A DNA stretch of 53,723 nt, taken from the NCBI GenBank assembly GCA_045646745.1, contig JAZRLL010000121.1, positions 1 through 53,723 of the forward strand, read 5' to 3'. The translations under genes and the position numbers were made by a program. A model generated the notes under the pieces. That model made no database searches, had not been told where the DNA came from, and worked only from the letters and a program-made list of their open reading frames with translations. This DNA comes from Christensenellaceae bacterium. GTDB taxonomy: Bacteria; Bacillota; Clostridia; Christensenellales; Borkfalkiaceae. Of the stretch, positions 1 through 8,042 are shown in pieces. Each line of letters begins with the position of its first letter. Positions within the stretch are counted from its first letter, which is position 1.

Positions 1-57
1 AATAGTTGAGGTTTTGAGAAAAAATAGAAATTATTCGTATGAAAGGAATTGAATGTT

Positions 58-1323
58 ATGAGTAATGCAGAACAAAAGAAAGGTGGATGGCGCACAAATA
101 AGTGGATTAGAGCAGCTATTCCAGCATTGTTACTTCATTGTAGTATTGGTACAGTTTATTGTTGGAGTACGTTTAAATCACAAATTGCTTCTTATATAGG
201 TGCAAGTATTCCAAGCGTTGAGTGGGCGTTTTCGCTAGCAATATTCTTTTTAGGTATGTCGGCAGCGTTTATGGGCAACGTGGTTGAAAAGAATATACAC
301 GCATCTTCACTTATTGCTGCTGTTTGCTTTGCAATAGGACTTTTAGGTACTGCTTTATTCATTTATTTAAAAAGCCTTGTGGGTATTTTAATTTGCTACG
401 GCTGTATAATGGGTGTTGGTTTAGGTCTTGGATATCTTTCACCCGTAAAAACGTTAATGCTTTGGTTTAAAAACAACAAGGGATTAGCAACGGGTTTAGC
501 GGTGGCAGGTTTCGGTGCTGCAAAGGCTATTGCAACTCCTATTATGGAAGCGATGATGGCAAGCGGAATTGAAATCTACACAATGTTCTTTATTTTAGCA
601 GGCGTATATTTCGTTATGATGTTTATTGGACATTTACTTTTGAAAAAACCTGCCGATTGGGTAGAAATTCATCACGATAAAGACGAGCATCCAATAAAAA
701 AATTCTTTTCAAAGTTTTCAGTATTTAAAAATAAAACGTTTATTGGTATTTGGCTTGTTTTCTATATCAATATAACTTGTGGATTAGCAATTATTTCAAA
801 CGAAAAATCACTTATCACGATTATCGGTTTAGCACCTGCTTTAATAGGGGCTATTTGTGCTATATTTAATGCTGGTGGTAGACTTGGCTATTCCGCTTTG
901 GCAGACGGCTTAAAAGACAGAAACACGATGTATAAAATAATTTTAATAAGTGAAATTTTAGTTACTTGTGGCGCTTTAATTTTAGGCTTTACAAACGGAT
1001 TTGATAAATCTATTATCTCAGTTATAGTCGTTTTAGCCTTGTTATTTATGGTTAACGCAGGCTATGGCGGTGGATTTAGTAATTTACCAACTCTACTTTC
1101 CGACCACTTTGGTATGAAAAAAATCTCGTCAATTCACGGTGTTGCACTTTCAGCGTGGGCGTTTGCAGGTTTAACGGGAAATCAAATGGCACAATTAATA
1201 ATTAGCCTTTCTGATAAAGCAGTTGCTTACCAAAACGTTTTATTATGCACCCTTTGCTTATACGTTGTTGCTTTAATAATAAATTTAATCTTTATAAAAC
1301 CTAATAAAATTGAAGAAATTTAA
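58..1323 (+). CDS. MFS transporter, oxalate/formate antiporter (OFA/YhjX)-like
   Basis: The 424-aa ORF is hydrophobic throughout, about 12 TM. The N-terminal WR..KW..A.PALLLH.SIGTVYCWS motif is typical of OFA-type MFS carriers. The ORF opens at TTG 49, but ATG 58 lies 10 nt after GAAAGGA and is preferred. Confidence 0.7.
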   Translation: MSNAEQKKGGWRTNKWIRAAIPALLLHCSIGTVYCWSTFKSQIASYIGASIPSVEWAFSLAIFFLGMSAAFMGNVVEKNIHASSLIAAVCFAIGLLGTALFIYLKSLVGILICYGCIMGVGLGLGYLSPVKTLMLWFKNNKGLATGLAVAGFGAAKAIATPIMEAMMASGIEIYTMFFILAGVYFVMMFIGHLLLKKPADWVEIHHDKDEHPIKKFFSKFSVFKNKTFIGIWLVFYINITCGLAIISNEKSLITIIGLAPALIGAICAIFNAGGRLGYSALADGLKDRNTMYKIILISEILVTCGALILGFTNGFDKSIISVIVVLALLFMVNAGYGGGFSNLPTLLSDHFGMKKISSIHGVALSAWAFAGLTGNQMAQLIISLSDKAVAYQNVLLCTLCLYVVALIINLIFIKPNKIEEI

Positions 1324-1325
1324 TT

Positions 1326-1355
1326 TAAAAACCGCTATTGAATAGCGGTTTTTTA
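1326..1355. terminator. Bidirectional intrinsic terminator between convergent genes
   Basis: AACCGCTA (1330-1337) pairs with TAGCGGTT (1343-1350), flanked by an A-run upstream and a T-run downstream. Confidence 0.8.
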
Positions 1356-1373
1356 GTAAAAAAATTTTATAAT

Positions 1374-2114
1374 TTATATATCGTTTTTAATAAACTTGAT
1401 ATTTGTTCCACTTAAAGTAAAATACCAATAAGTTTCATTTGCATATTTATCTCCATCTATAAATAATAAGTGTAATTCATATCGGTTATTTGAAATATAA
1501 TATAATTCCCCAGCGTAAAGGGTAGTCCATAAAGTTAAAGGGTTATTTTCTTCCCATAGGTTTATTTTAAATTTTTCACGTTCTATAATTTGATAATTTT
1601 CAATGCAAATAGTTAAACCGCCAATATTAAAAAAATAATCTTTACTATTTGAATATTCTTGATAGGCTAATTCTCCAACTAATTTATCAAGTGTAAACTC
1701 TTCGGGCAAATAATCTTCCGCAATTTCAGTTAATATGTTTGCTCGTTCAGCATCTTTTTCAATAATATTTAATATATCTTTTGCATAAGACGTTAAAAGT
1801 TTCTTGTCTTCTTTATTTGCATATCCAAAAATAAGTGTGTTAATATCCGTAATTTTATCGGATATGGATTTAGGTAAAGATAATATCAATTCTTTATTTT
1901 TATTAATTTTTGTCTTAAATAATTTTTCAATTACTTCCGTTTTGTGGAATCTTTTAATAGACTCAAAATCTTTTTCTATATTATTATAAAAATTATTTTT
2001 GCTTTCAAGTATAACGTTTTCTTGTGTCATTTTTTGTGCGTTAAATTGCTTTAATGCGTGTATAAATCTTACTTGGTTGTGTTTTTCTGCCCATTTTTTT
2101 GTTAGTATTTTCAT
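1374..2114 (-). CDS. Hypothetical protein (N-terminus reminiscent of DUF4085-type proteins)
   Basis: 246-aa ORF with a good RBS: AAGGAG lies 7 nt upstream on the minus strand (complement of 2122-2127). No catalytic motif was recognised. The MKILTKKWAEK start resembles the MKxFTKEWY openings I associate with DUF4085; this is from memory, not verified. Confidence 0.5.
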   Translation of the reverse strand: MKILTKKWAEKHNQVRFIHALKQFNAQKMTQENVILESKNNFYNNIEKDFESIKRFHKTEVIEKLFKTKINKNKELILSLPKSISDKITDINTLIFGYANKEDKKLLTSYAKDILNIIEKDAERANILTEIAEDYLPEEFTLDKLVGELAYQEYSNSKDYFFNIGGLTICIENYQIIEREKFKINLWEENNPLTLWTTLYAGELYYISNNRYELHLLFIDGDKYANETYWYFTLSGTNIKFIKNDI

Positions 2115-2146
2115 ATAATTTCTCCTTAGTATTCTATCAATGGCTA

Positions 2147-2163
2147 TACGCCACCTAATAATT
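2147..2163. repeat. Left copy of 17-nt inverted repeat TACGCCACCTAATAATT
   Basis: Its reverse complement matches 2724-2740 at 16 of 17 positions. It contains the CACCTAAT core. Confidence 0.85.
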
Positions 2164-2182
2164 CTTATAAAATTCCTATACT

Positions 2183-2193
2183 ATAATTAGGTG
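2183..2193. repeat. Partial repeat copy ATAATTAGGTG (same orientation as the 2724-2740 copy)
   Basis: An exact 11-nt match to 2725-2735, located in the divergent promoter region. Confidence 0.7.
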
Positions 2194-2208
2194 TTTAAAT
2201 ACAATAAT

Positions 2209-2220
2209 GCACCTAACGTA
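2209..2220. repeat. Partial repeat copy GCACCTAACGTA (CACCTAA core)
   Basis: The CACCTAA core is in the same orientation as the 2147-2163 copy. It sits immediately upstream of and abutting a TATAAA -10-like hexamer (2219-2224) before the HTH gene. Confidence 0.5.
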
Positions 2221-2262
2221 TAAAGGTAATTAATAATTTACCAACCGTATAGGAGAATAGAT

Positions 2263-2709
2263 ATGCCTATTTTAACTTCTTTTCAAAAACGAATAAACGA
2301 ACTTGCTATTGAAACTTATTTAAAAAAGGCTGATATAGCAAAAGCAGGTAATTTTGATTATCGTTCATTATCAAATGCACTTGTTTATGGGATTGTGCCA
2401 ACAACTTCAACTCTTATTAAGATGGCAGATTATTTTAAAGTTTCTATAAACTATCTTTTAGGCAGAACTGATAAAAACGATTATATTGAGTCTTCAAACG
2501 AAACCTTTCAAGTTAGATTTGAAAAACTTTGTAATGAAAAGGGCGTTAGTCATTACAAGGTTAGTCAAGAGTGCTTTTTTGATAAAAGCAATATATCACG
2601 TTGGCTTTCAAAAAATTATTTGCCAACCCTTGAAATTTTAGATATGATAACAAAATATTTTAACGTTTCTATTGATTACGTTTTAGGTCGTTCTGATTTT
2701 AAAAACTAA
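2263..2709 (+). CDS. Tandem (duplicated) XRE-family helix-turn-helix transcriptional regulator
   Basis: 148 aa made of two homologous halves. Each half starts FQ.R...L and ends Y(L/V)LGR(T/S)D, with an HTH_3-like core. RBS AGGAG lies 8 nt upstream. Confidence 0.75.
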   Translation: MPILTSFQKRINELAIETYLKKADIAKAGNFDYRSLSNALVYGIVPTTSTLIKMADYFKVSINYLLGRTDKNDYIESSNETFQVRFEKLCNEKGVSHYKVSQECFFDKSNISRWLSKNYLPTLEILDMITKYFNVSIDYVLGRSDFKN

Positions 2710-2723
2710 TTATATTATAACAA

Positions 2724-2740
2724 AATAATTAGGTGGCGTA
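2724..2740. repeat. Right copy of 17-nt inverted repeat AATAATTAGGTGGCGTA
   Basis: Reverse complement of 2147-2163 (16/17 match), located 15 nt after the HTH gene stop. Confidence 0.85.
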
Positions 2741-2823
2741 AAGCAATAAGCCTATCTTATTTTTGTCGTAATATAAGAGCCTTTGGCGAAAAATGTCAAA
2801 AAAAGTAAAAAAATAATAAATTT

Positions 2824-2870
2824 AAAGCACGCTATTTTAAGTAAAAGTTAATTTTGCGTGTTTTTATTTT
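2824..2870 (+). terminator. Possible terminator with a large loop
   Basis: AAAGCACGC (2824-2832) pairs with GCGTGTTTT (2856-2864, one G-U pair) and a T-run follows. The 23-nt loop makes this weak. Confidence 0.35.
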
Positions 2871-2924
2871 TAAAAAATTTTAAAATTTATTTACTTTTTA
2901 GGCGTTTTATAATATACTATTAAT

Positions 2925-3701
2925 ATGAAAATTAGAAATACTTTTGCAATAATTATAATATCAATATTATGTTTTTTTTCTTTTAGCGGTTGCGTTATAA
3001 GTATGGATAGTGAAGACGTTTCTGTTTTGAATAATATAACCGAAAGCGAAATTATAACGGCGTCTGTTAAAGTTAGGTCGCTTGGCAAACAAGTGATTGG
3101 CGAAGGTGGTAAAAAATATTACGAAGGCTCTGACGGAAGTGGGGTTATTTTCAAAAAAGAAGTCGGCTTATTAGGAACGTATTATTACGCTTTAACGAAT
3201 AATCACGTTATTTACGATAACGTTAACGGATATAGAATTTACGATTGTTATGCTAACGAAATTGATAGCGTTAGCGTGGTTTGTGCTGATGCTTCTTACG
3301 ATTTAGCGGTTGTTAAATTTAAAGCAAAAGACGAAAGCAAATCATACTCTATTTTACCTTTTTCAAACGGGGATATAACCTCGGGTTCAAAAGTGGTTGC
3401 GATAGGAAATCCGTTAGGTAAGTTAAATAGTATTACTATGGGAAAGGTTGAAGGGTATGAGAAAATTAATATTTCAGACGTTTCTCCTTTATTAACTGAC
3501 GTAAAGTTTTCAGTTATTAAGCATACCGCACCTATAAACAACGGCTCGTCCGGTGGGGTTTTAATTAATTACGACTACGAAATTTGCGGTATTAATTACG
3601 CTTGCGATAGAAACGGGGAAACGGATAAATTCGTAAACGGCTATGCAGTTCCAACGTCTAAAATTTTAGAGTTTTTAACTATAAACGAAATATATATTTA
3701 A
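2925..3701 (+). CDS. Trypsin-like serine protease (S1/HtrA-like core without PDZ), lipoprotein
   Basis: Signal peptide with lipobox FSGC. The catalytic triad context is present: TNNHVI (His), DLAVVKF (Asp) and NNGSSGGVLIN (Ser). Confidence 0.8.
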   Translation: MKIRNTFAIIIISILCFFSFSGCVISMDSEDVSVLNNITESEIITASVKVRSLGKQVIGEGGKKYYEGSDGSGVIFKKEVGLLGTYYYALTNNHVIYDNVNGYRIYDCYANEIDSVSVVCADASYDLAVVKFKAKDESKSYSILPFSNGDITSGSKVVAIGNPLGKLNSITMGKVEGYEKINISDVSPLLTDVKFSVIKHTAPINNGSSGGVLINYDYEICGINYACDRNGETDKFVNGYAVPTSKILEFLTINEIYI

Positions 3702-3720
3702 AAAATTAAAATTACATAAT

Positions 3721-3776
3721 AACTCCTTTTTTGCAAAGACTACGATTGTGAAATTCAAGCAAAAAAGGAGTTTTTT
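3721..3776 (+). terminator. Perfect 14-bp hairpin plus T6; its 3' arm contains the spoVT Shine-Dalgarno
   Basis: AACTCCTTTTTTGC (3721-3734) pairs with GCAAAAAAGGAGTT (3759-3772) around a 24-nt loop. TTTTTT (3771-3776) runs directly into ATG 3777. Confidence 0.6.
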
Positions 3777-4322
3777 ATGAAAAGTGTTAACGTAATTAGA
3801 AGAATAGATTATTTAGGCAGAGTCGTTATTCCTAACGATATTCGTAAAACGCTAAATTTAAACGTAAACGACCATATAGAATTTGAAGTTTTAGATAATA
3901 AAATTATATTAAAAAAATATTCGGTAGTTAAAAATATAGAAAATGCAACGCAAATCGTTCTTAAAAGTTTAACTTCGTTAATAGATAAACCGTTACTAAT
4001 TTTAGATTTAGAAAACGTTATTTTAACAAGTGATAACGCTAGCGAGTTTAAGGGCAAAAAAATAACGATAGACGCTTTTAATATTATAAAAGAAAAAAAG
4101 AATATTTCAATCAGTGTGTTAAATAGCAAAAAACTAATAAAACTTTTCGTTGGGGATAGTTTAAAATACAAATCACAAACGATTATTCCAATAATTTCTC
4201 AAAAAAACGAAAGTTTAGGAGCAATCGTATTATTAGATAAAGAAGAATCTGAAAGTAATGCCGAAGAAATAAAACTATTAAAAATGGCATCGCAAATTAT
4301 TGCTATGGGGGCGGAATTATGA
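3777..4322 (+). CDS. spoVT: Stage V sporulation protein T (AbrB/SpoVT-domain regulator with C-terminal GAF-like domain)
   Basis: The N-terminal RRIDYLGRVVIPNDIRKTL swapped-hairpin motif, the 181-aa length and conserved synteny with yabM and yabN all fit spoVT. Confidence 0.85.
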   Translation: MKSVNVIRRIDYLGRVVIPNDIRKTLNLNVNDHIEFEVLDNKIILKKYSVVKNIENATQIVLKSLTSLIDKPLLILDLENVILTSDNASEFKGKKITIDAFNIIKEKKNISISVLNSKKLIKLFVGDSLKYKSQTIIPIISQKNESLGAIVLLDKEESESNAEEIKLLKMASQIIAMGAEL

Positions 4323-5623
4323 CTTCCGCTTTTTCTTTTAAAAAAAACCTGTTGTTTAAAGGTGCTTTTATAATTTGTTTAGGCGGTTTTATAACTAAAA
4401 TTATAGGTGCTTTATATAGAATTCCTTTAACTAATATTTTGGGTGCGGAAGGTATAGGAATTTATCAAATGGTATTTCCGCTTTATTCTATACTTTTAAC
4501 CCTTTCTTCAACGGGAGTTCCAAACGGAATTTCTAAACTTATAGCAAACGGCTATAACGCAAATTTAGTGTTAAAAAAGTCATTAAAATTTTTCGTTTTA
4601 ATAGGACTACTTGGCAGTTTGTTTTTAGGCTGTTTTTCTTATTATATTGCAAAAATTCAGGGTGATAGCAACGCAACGCTTGGATATTTGGCAATATCTC
4701 CGTCAGTAGTTGCGGTTAGTATTATTTGTTGTTATAGGGGGTATTATCAAGGCTTTGCTAATATGAAACCCACCGCTTTATCACAAATTTTTGAACAAGT
4801 TATAAAACTTGCTTTTGGTTTAAGTTTAGCCTATATTTTTAGATATAACGTAGTTCTTTCTGCAACTTTTGCGGTAGTTGCCGTTACTATTTCTGAAATC
4901 GTGGTTGCAATTTATTTTATTATTACGAGTAAAAAAAATCAAAATAGACTGAACGAAAATAAAGAAATAAGTTATAATTTACTAATTAAAACGATTTTCC
5001 CAATAATGCTTTCAACCTTAATACTTCCACTCGTTAGAACTATTGAAAGTTTTTTAATATTAAATATTCTAAATAAATACACCCCGCTTGCAACTTCTTT
5101 ATACGGGCTATATTCAGGAGTAGTAGAATCTATCGTGGGTGTTCCTGTTGCACTTTTATACGGAATTGCTATAACTAGCGTTCCTATCGTTGCGCAAGAA
5201 AAAAACAATTTTAAAAATCAATTTAAAAAGGGGAAACAATCAATTTATTTAACTTTGGTTTTAGCCCTAATTTTTGGCGGGCTATTATTAGTCTTTTCAA
5301 AACTTGTAGTTGGAGTTTTGTATCCTAAATTGAGTTTATACGATAAAATAACGACTGTGCATATGCTAAAAATAGCATCTTTGTCCGTTGTGTTTTTACC
5401 ACTTATGCAAACTTTAAGTTCGCTCCTTATTGCAACGGGAAAATTGTACGCTCCTTGTATTTCATCGTCAATAGCGTCGCTAATAAAAATAATTTTAACA
5501 ATTATTTTATTAAATATCCCGTCAATAAACATTTTTGGCGTAGTAATTACCGATATAGTTTGTTATGTGGTTGCGTGTTTTTTAGATTTGGTGTATTATA
5601 TATCTAATAGAAGTTTAAAGTAG
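4319..5623 (+). CDS. MOP-superfamily polysaccharide/lipid II flippase-like protein (YabM/SpoVB-like)
   Basis: Polytopic 434-aa protein with the motif ITKIIGALYRIPLTNILGAEGIGIYQMVFPLY....STGVPNGISKLIA typical of SpoVB/YabM. Its start overlaps the spoVT stop (ATGA). The position matches B. subtilis yabM. Confidence 0.75.
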   Translation: MTSAFSFKKNLLFKGAFIICLGGFITKIIGALYRIPLTNILGAEGIGIYQMVFPLYSILLTLSSTGVPNGISKLIANGYNANLVLKKSLKFFVLIGLLGSLFLGCFSYYIAKIQGDSNATLGYLAISPSVVAVSIICCYRGYYQGFANMKPTALSQIFEQVIKLAFGLSLAYIFRYNVVLSATFAVVAVTISEIVVAIYFIITSKKNQNRLNENKEISYNLLIKTIFPIMLSTLILPLVRTIESFLILNILNKYTPLATSLYGLYSGVVESIVGVPVALLYGIAITSVPIVAQEKNNFKNQFKKGKQSIYLTLVLALIFGGLLLVFSKLVVGVLYPKLSLYDKITTVHMLKIASLSVVFLPLMQTLSSLLIATGKLYAPCISSSIASLIKIILTIILLNIPSINIFGVVITDIVCYVVACFLDLVYYISNRSLK

Positions 5624-5633
5624 GTATTTTATT

Positions 5634-7052
5634 ATGAATAAAATAAACTTAATAGGACTTGGCTCTGATTACGGCGATTTAACCTTAAAAGCCTTTGATA
5701 TAATTAAAAACTCTCAAAAGGTCGTAGTAAGAACGAATTTAACCAAATCCTTTTCTCAAATTAAGAAAATTAAAGAAGACGTAGTTAGTTTAGATTACGT
5801 TTATTTAAAGAGTAAAAATTTTGACACTTTGAATAAAAATTTAGCAAAAGAAGTAATTAATATGTCAAAAGACGGTGAAATAACCTATCTCGTTGACGGT
5901 TGTGCCGTTGAAGACAGGTCGGTTTGCGAAATTTTAAAAAGGCATAAAAACGTAAATTTAATTGCAGGTGTTTCCAATATGTCTAAATGCTTGGAAAAAT
6001 TAAACGTTAGCCTTTCTTCTTGTTCTCTTTATACCGCTTACGACTTATTAAAAGGCGAAAGTTTATCCCTTCCCGCAGTAATTTATAATATAGACAATGT
6101 TCACGTTGCAAGCGAAATTAAACTTAAACTTATAAACGAAGTTGGTGAAGACGTAAAAATTAACGTAGTTTCTAACGAGATTAATAAAAAAATTGAAGTT
6201 TTTAAATTGGATAGATTAAAAATTTACGATTATTCAACGTCAATTTATATTCCTAAAATCTCGCTTATAGATAAACAAAGATTTGATTTTTCCGACCTTT
6301 TAGAAATTTTAAGAATTTTAAGGGGAGAAAACGGCTGTCCTTGGGATAAGGTTCAAACCCCAGATAGCATTAAAATTAATTTAATTGAAGAGTGTTACGA
6401 GTTAATTGACGCAATAGAATCAAAAGACGATGATAAAATTATTGAAGAAACGGGCGACGTATTACTTCAAACGGCGTTTTACATATTGTTTGGCGAAGAA
6501 GAAAACGCCTTTACTAAAAAAGACGTGTTATCTAATCTTTGTCAAAAACTCATAACAAGGCATACCCACGTTTTTGGGAAAGATAAGGCAAGCGACGCAG
6601 ATAGCGCTTTATCAAATTGGAATAAAAACAAAGGAATAGAAAAGGGTTATCAAAACGATACCGAGTATTTAAGAAGTGTTCCAAGGTGCTTTCCAGCGGT
6701 AATATACTCGCAAAAAGTAGGCGGTAGGGCAAGTAAGTGTGGTTTTGATTTTGAAGACGTTAGAGAAGTTTTTTCTAAAATTTACGAAGAGATTGAAGAA
6801 GTTAAGTCTGCCGTACTAAAAAACGACGTTAAAGAAATTGAAAAAGAGTGTGGCGACTTATTGTTTAGTGCGGTAAACGCCGTAAGAAAATTAAACGTAG
6901 ACGGTGAAATCGCTTTAAAATTGTCCGCAGATAAATTTGTTGATAGATTTGAAAGGCTTGAAAAAGCGGTTTTAAAAGACGGCAAGCAAATAAAAAACTT
7001 GTCCGCAAGGGAACTTGATAAATATTATAATTTAACGAAAAATGAAAATTAA
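5634..7052 (+). CDS. yabN: YabN-type fusion: tetrapyrrole-methylase-like N-domain plus MazG nucleoside triphosphate pyrophosphohydrolase
   Basis: The C-terminal half has tandem MazG motifs (GENGCPWDKVQT....L.EE.YEL.DAI and E.GDLLF). The N-terminal domain of about 200 aa is methylase-like. Synteny follows spoVT-yabM. Confidence 0.85.
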   Translation: MNKINLIGLGSDYGDLTLKAFDIIKNSQKVVVRTNLTKSFSQIKKIKEDVVSLDYVYLKSKNFDTLNKNLAKEVINMSKDGEITYLVDGCAVEDRSVCEILKRHKNVNLIAGVSNMSKCLEKLNVSLSSCSLYTAYDLLKGESLSLPAVIYNIDNVHVASEIKLKLINEVGEDVKINVVSNEINKKIEVFKLDRLKIYDYSTSIYIPKISLIDKQRFDFSDLLEILRILRGENGCPWDKVQTPDSIKINLIEECYELIDAIESKDDDKIIEETGDVLLQTAFYILFGEEENAFTKKDVLSNLCQKLITRHTHVFGKDKASDADSALSNWNKNKGIEKGYQNDTEYLRSVPRCFPAVIYSQKVGGRASKCGFDFEDVREVFSKIYEEIEEVKSAVLKNDVKEIEKECGDLLFSAVNAVRKLNVDGEIALKLSADKFVDRFERLEKAVLKDGKQIKNLSARELDKYYNLTKNEN

Positions 7053-7980
7053 AGAAATAAAAATTAAAGATTTAATTATTAAAAATAATTTATTTCTTGC
7101 TCCGTTGGCAGGGTTTTCCGATTCGGCGATGCGCGTTATTTGTAAAGATTTAGGCGCAGGGCTTTGTTTTACTGAAATGGTTAGTTGTAAAGGCTTAAAA
7201 TACTCTTATGAAAAATCCAAAGAATTATTACATTTTTATAACGAAGAAGGGGTTAAAGCCGTACAAATTTTTGGAAGCGATAGCAAAATAGTTGGAGAAA
7301 TTGCGTCCTCATCTATATTAGAGCCGTTTGACGTTATTGATATTAATATGGGTTGTCCTATGCCTAAAATATATAATAATAAAGAAGGCAGTTATTTATT
7401 AAACGACTTAAAAACTGCGTCTAAAATTATAAGTAGCGTAGCAAAAAGTGGTAAACCTACCACCGTAAAGTTTAGAATAGGAATAACTGAAAATAATTTT
7501 ATAACTTCAAAATTTGCTAAAATGTGTGAAGATAGCGGTGCAAATTTAATAACTATTCACGGCAGAGTTAAAGATAAGATATATTCAGGGCCTTGTAATT
7601 ACGAAGAAATAGCAAAGGCTAAAAGCAAAGTAAAAATTCCCGTTATAGCAAACGGCGGAATTTTTAGTAAAGAAGACGCCGATTTAATGATGGAAAGAAC
7701 GGGGGCAGACGGGGTTATGATTGCTCGTGGAGCGATAGAAAATCCGTTAATCTTTTGCGAAATTTTAAACGAAAAACCACCGTTCACTTTAAAAGAGTGC
7801 ATAATAAAGCATTTAAACTTATTAGTTAGTAGATACGGAAGCGAAAGAAGTGCCGTAATTTTTAGAAAGCAAATGTCTTTTTACTTAAAAGGCGTTTACG
7901 ATAGTAAAAAGTTTAAAGAAAGGGTTTTTAGTTCAAAAAATAGTCAAGAAGTTTTAAAAATAGTTGAAGATTGTTTTTAA
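7042..7980 (+). CDS. dus: tRNA-dihydrouridine synthase
   Basis: Motifs LAPLAGFSDSAMRVIC, INMGCP and HGR with a TIM-barrel FMN pattern. It overlaps the end of yabN by 11 nt. Confidence 0.85.
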   Translation: MKIKEIKIKDLIIKNNLFLAPLAGFSDSAMRVICKDLGAGLCFTEMVSCKGLKYSYEKSKELLHFYNEEGVKAVQIFGSDSKIVGEIASSSILEPFDVIDINMGCPMPKIYNNKEGSYLLNDLKTASKIISSVAKSGKPTTVKFRIGITENNFITSKFAKMCEDSGANLITIHGRVKDKIYSGPCNYEEIAKAKSKVKIPVIANGGIFSKEDADLMMERTGADGVMIARGAIENPLIFCEILNEKPPFTLKECIIKHLNLLVSRYGSERSAVIFRKQMSFYLKGVYDSKKFKERVFSSKNSQEVLKIVEDCF

Positions 7981-8042
7981 TCAGCGTTAACATTTTAATT
8001 TTAATTTAAGTATAATAATTTAGGTGCTTTTATAGGGATTTT

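Noticed and set aside
3777-7052. An AbrB/MazE-fold protein (3777-4322) near a MazG gene (5634-7052), which could suggest a MazEF-type toxin-antitoxin or stress module.
   Set aside because: The 181-aa protein has the C-terminal GAF-like extension of SpoVT. The order spoVT-yabM-yabN reproduces a conserved Bacillus sporulation and housekeeping block. No MazF/PemK-like toxin ORF is present.
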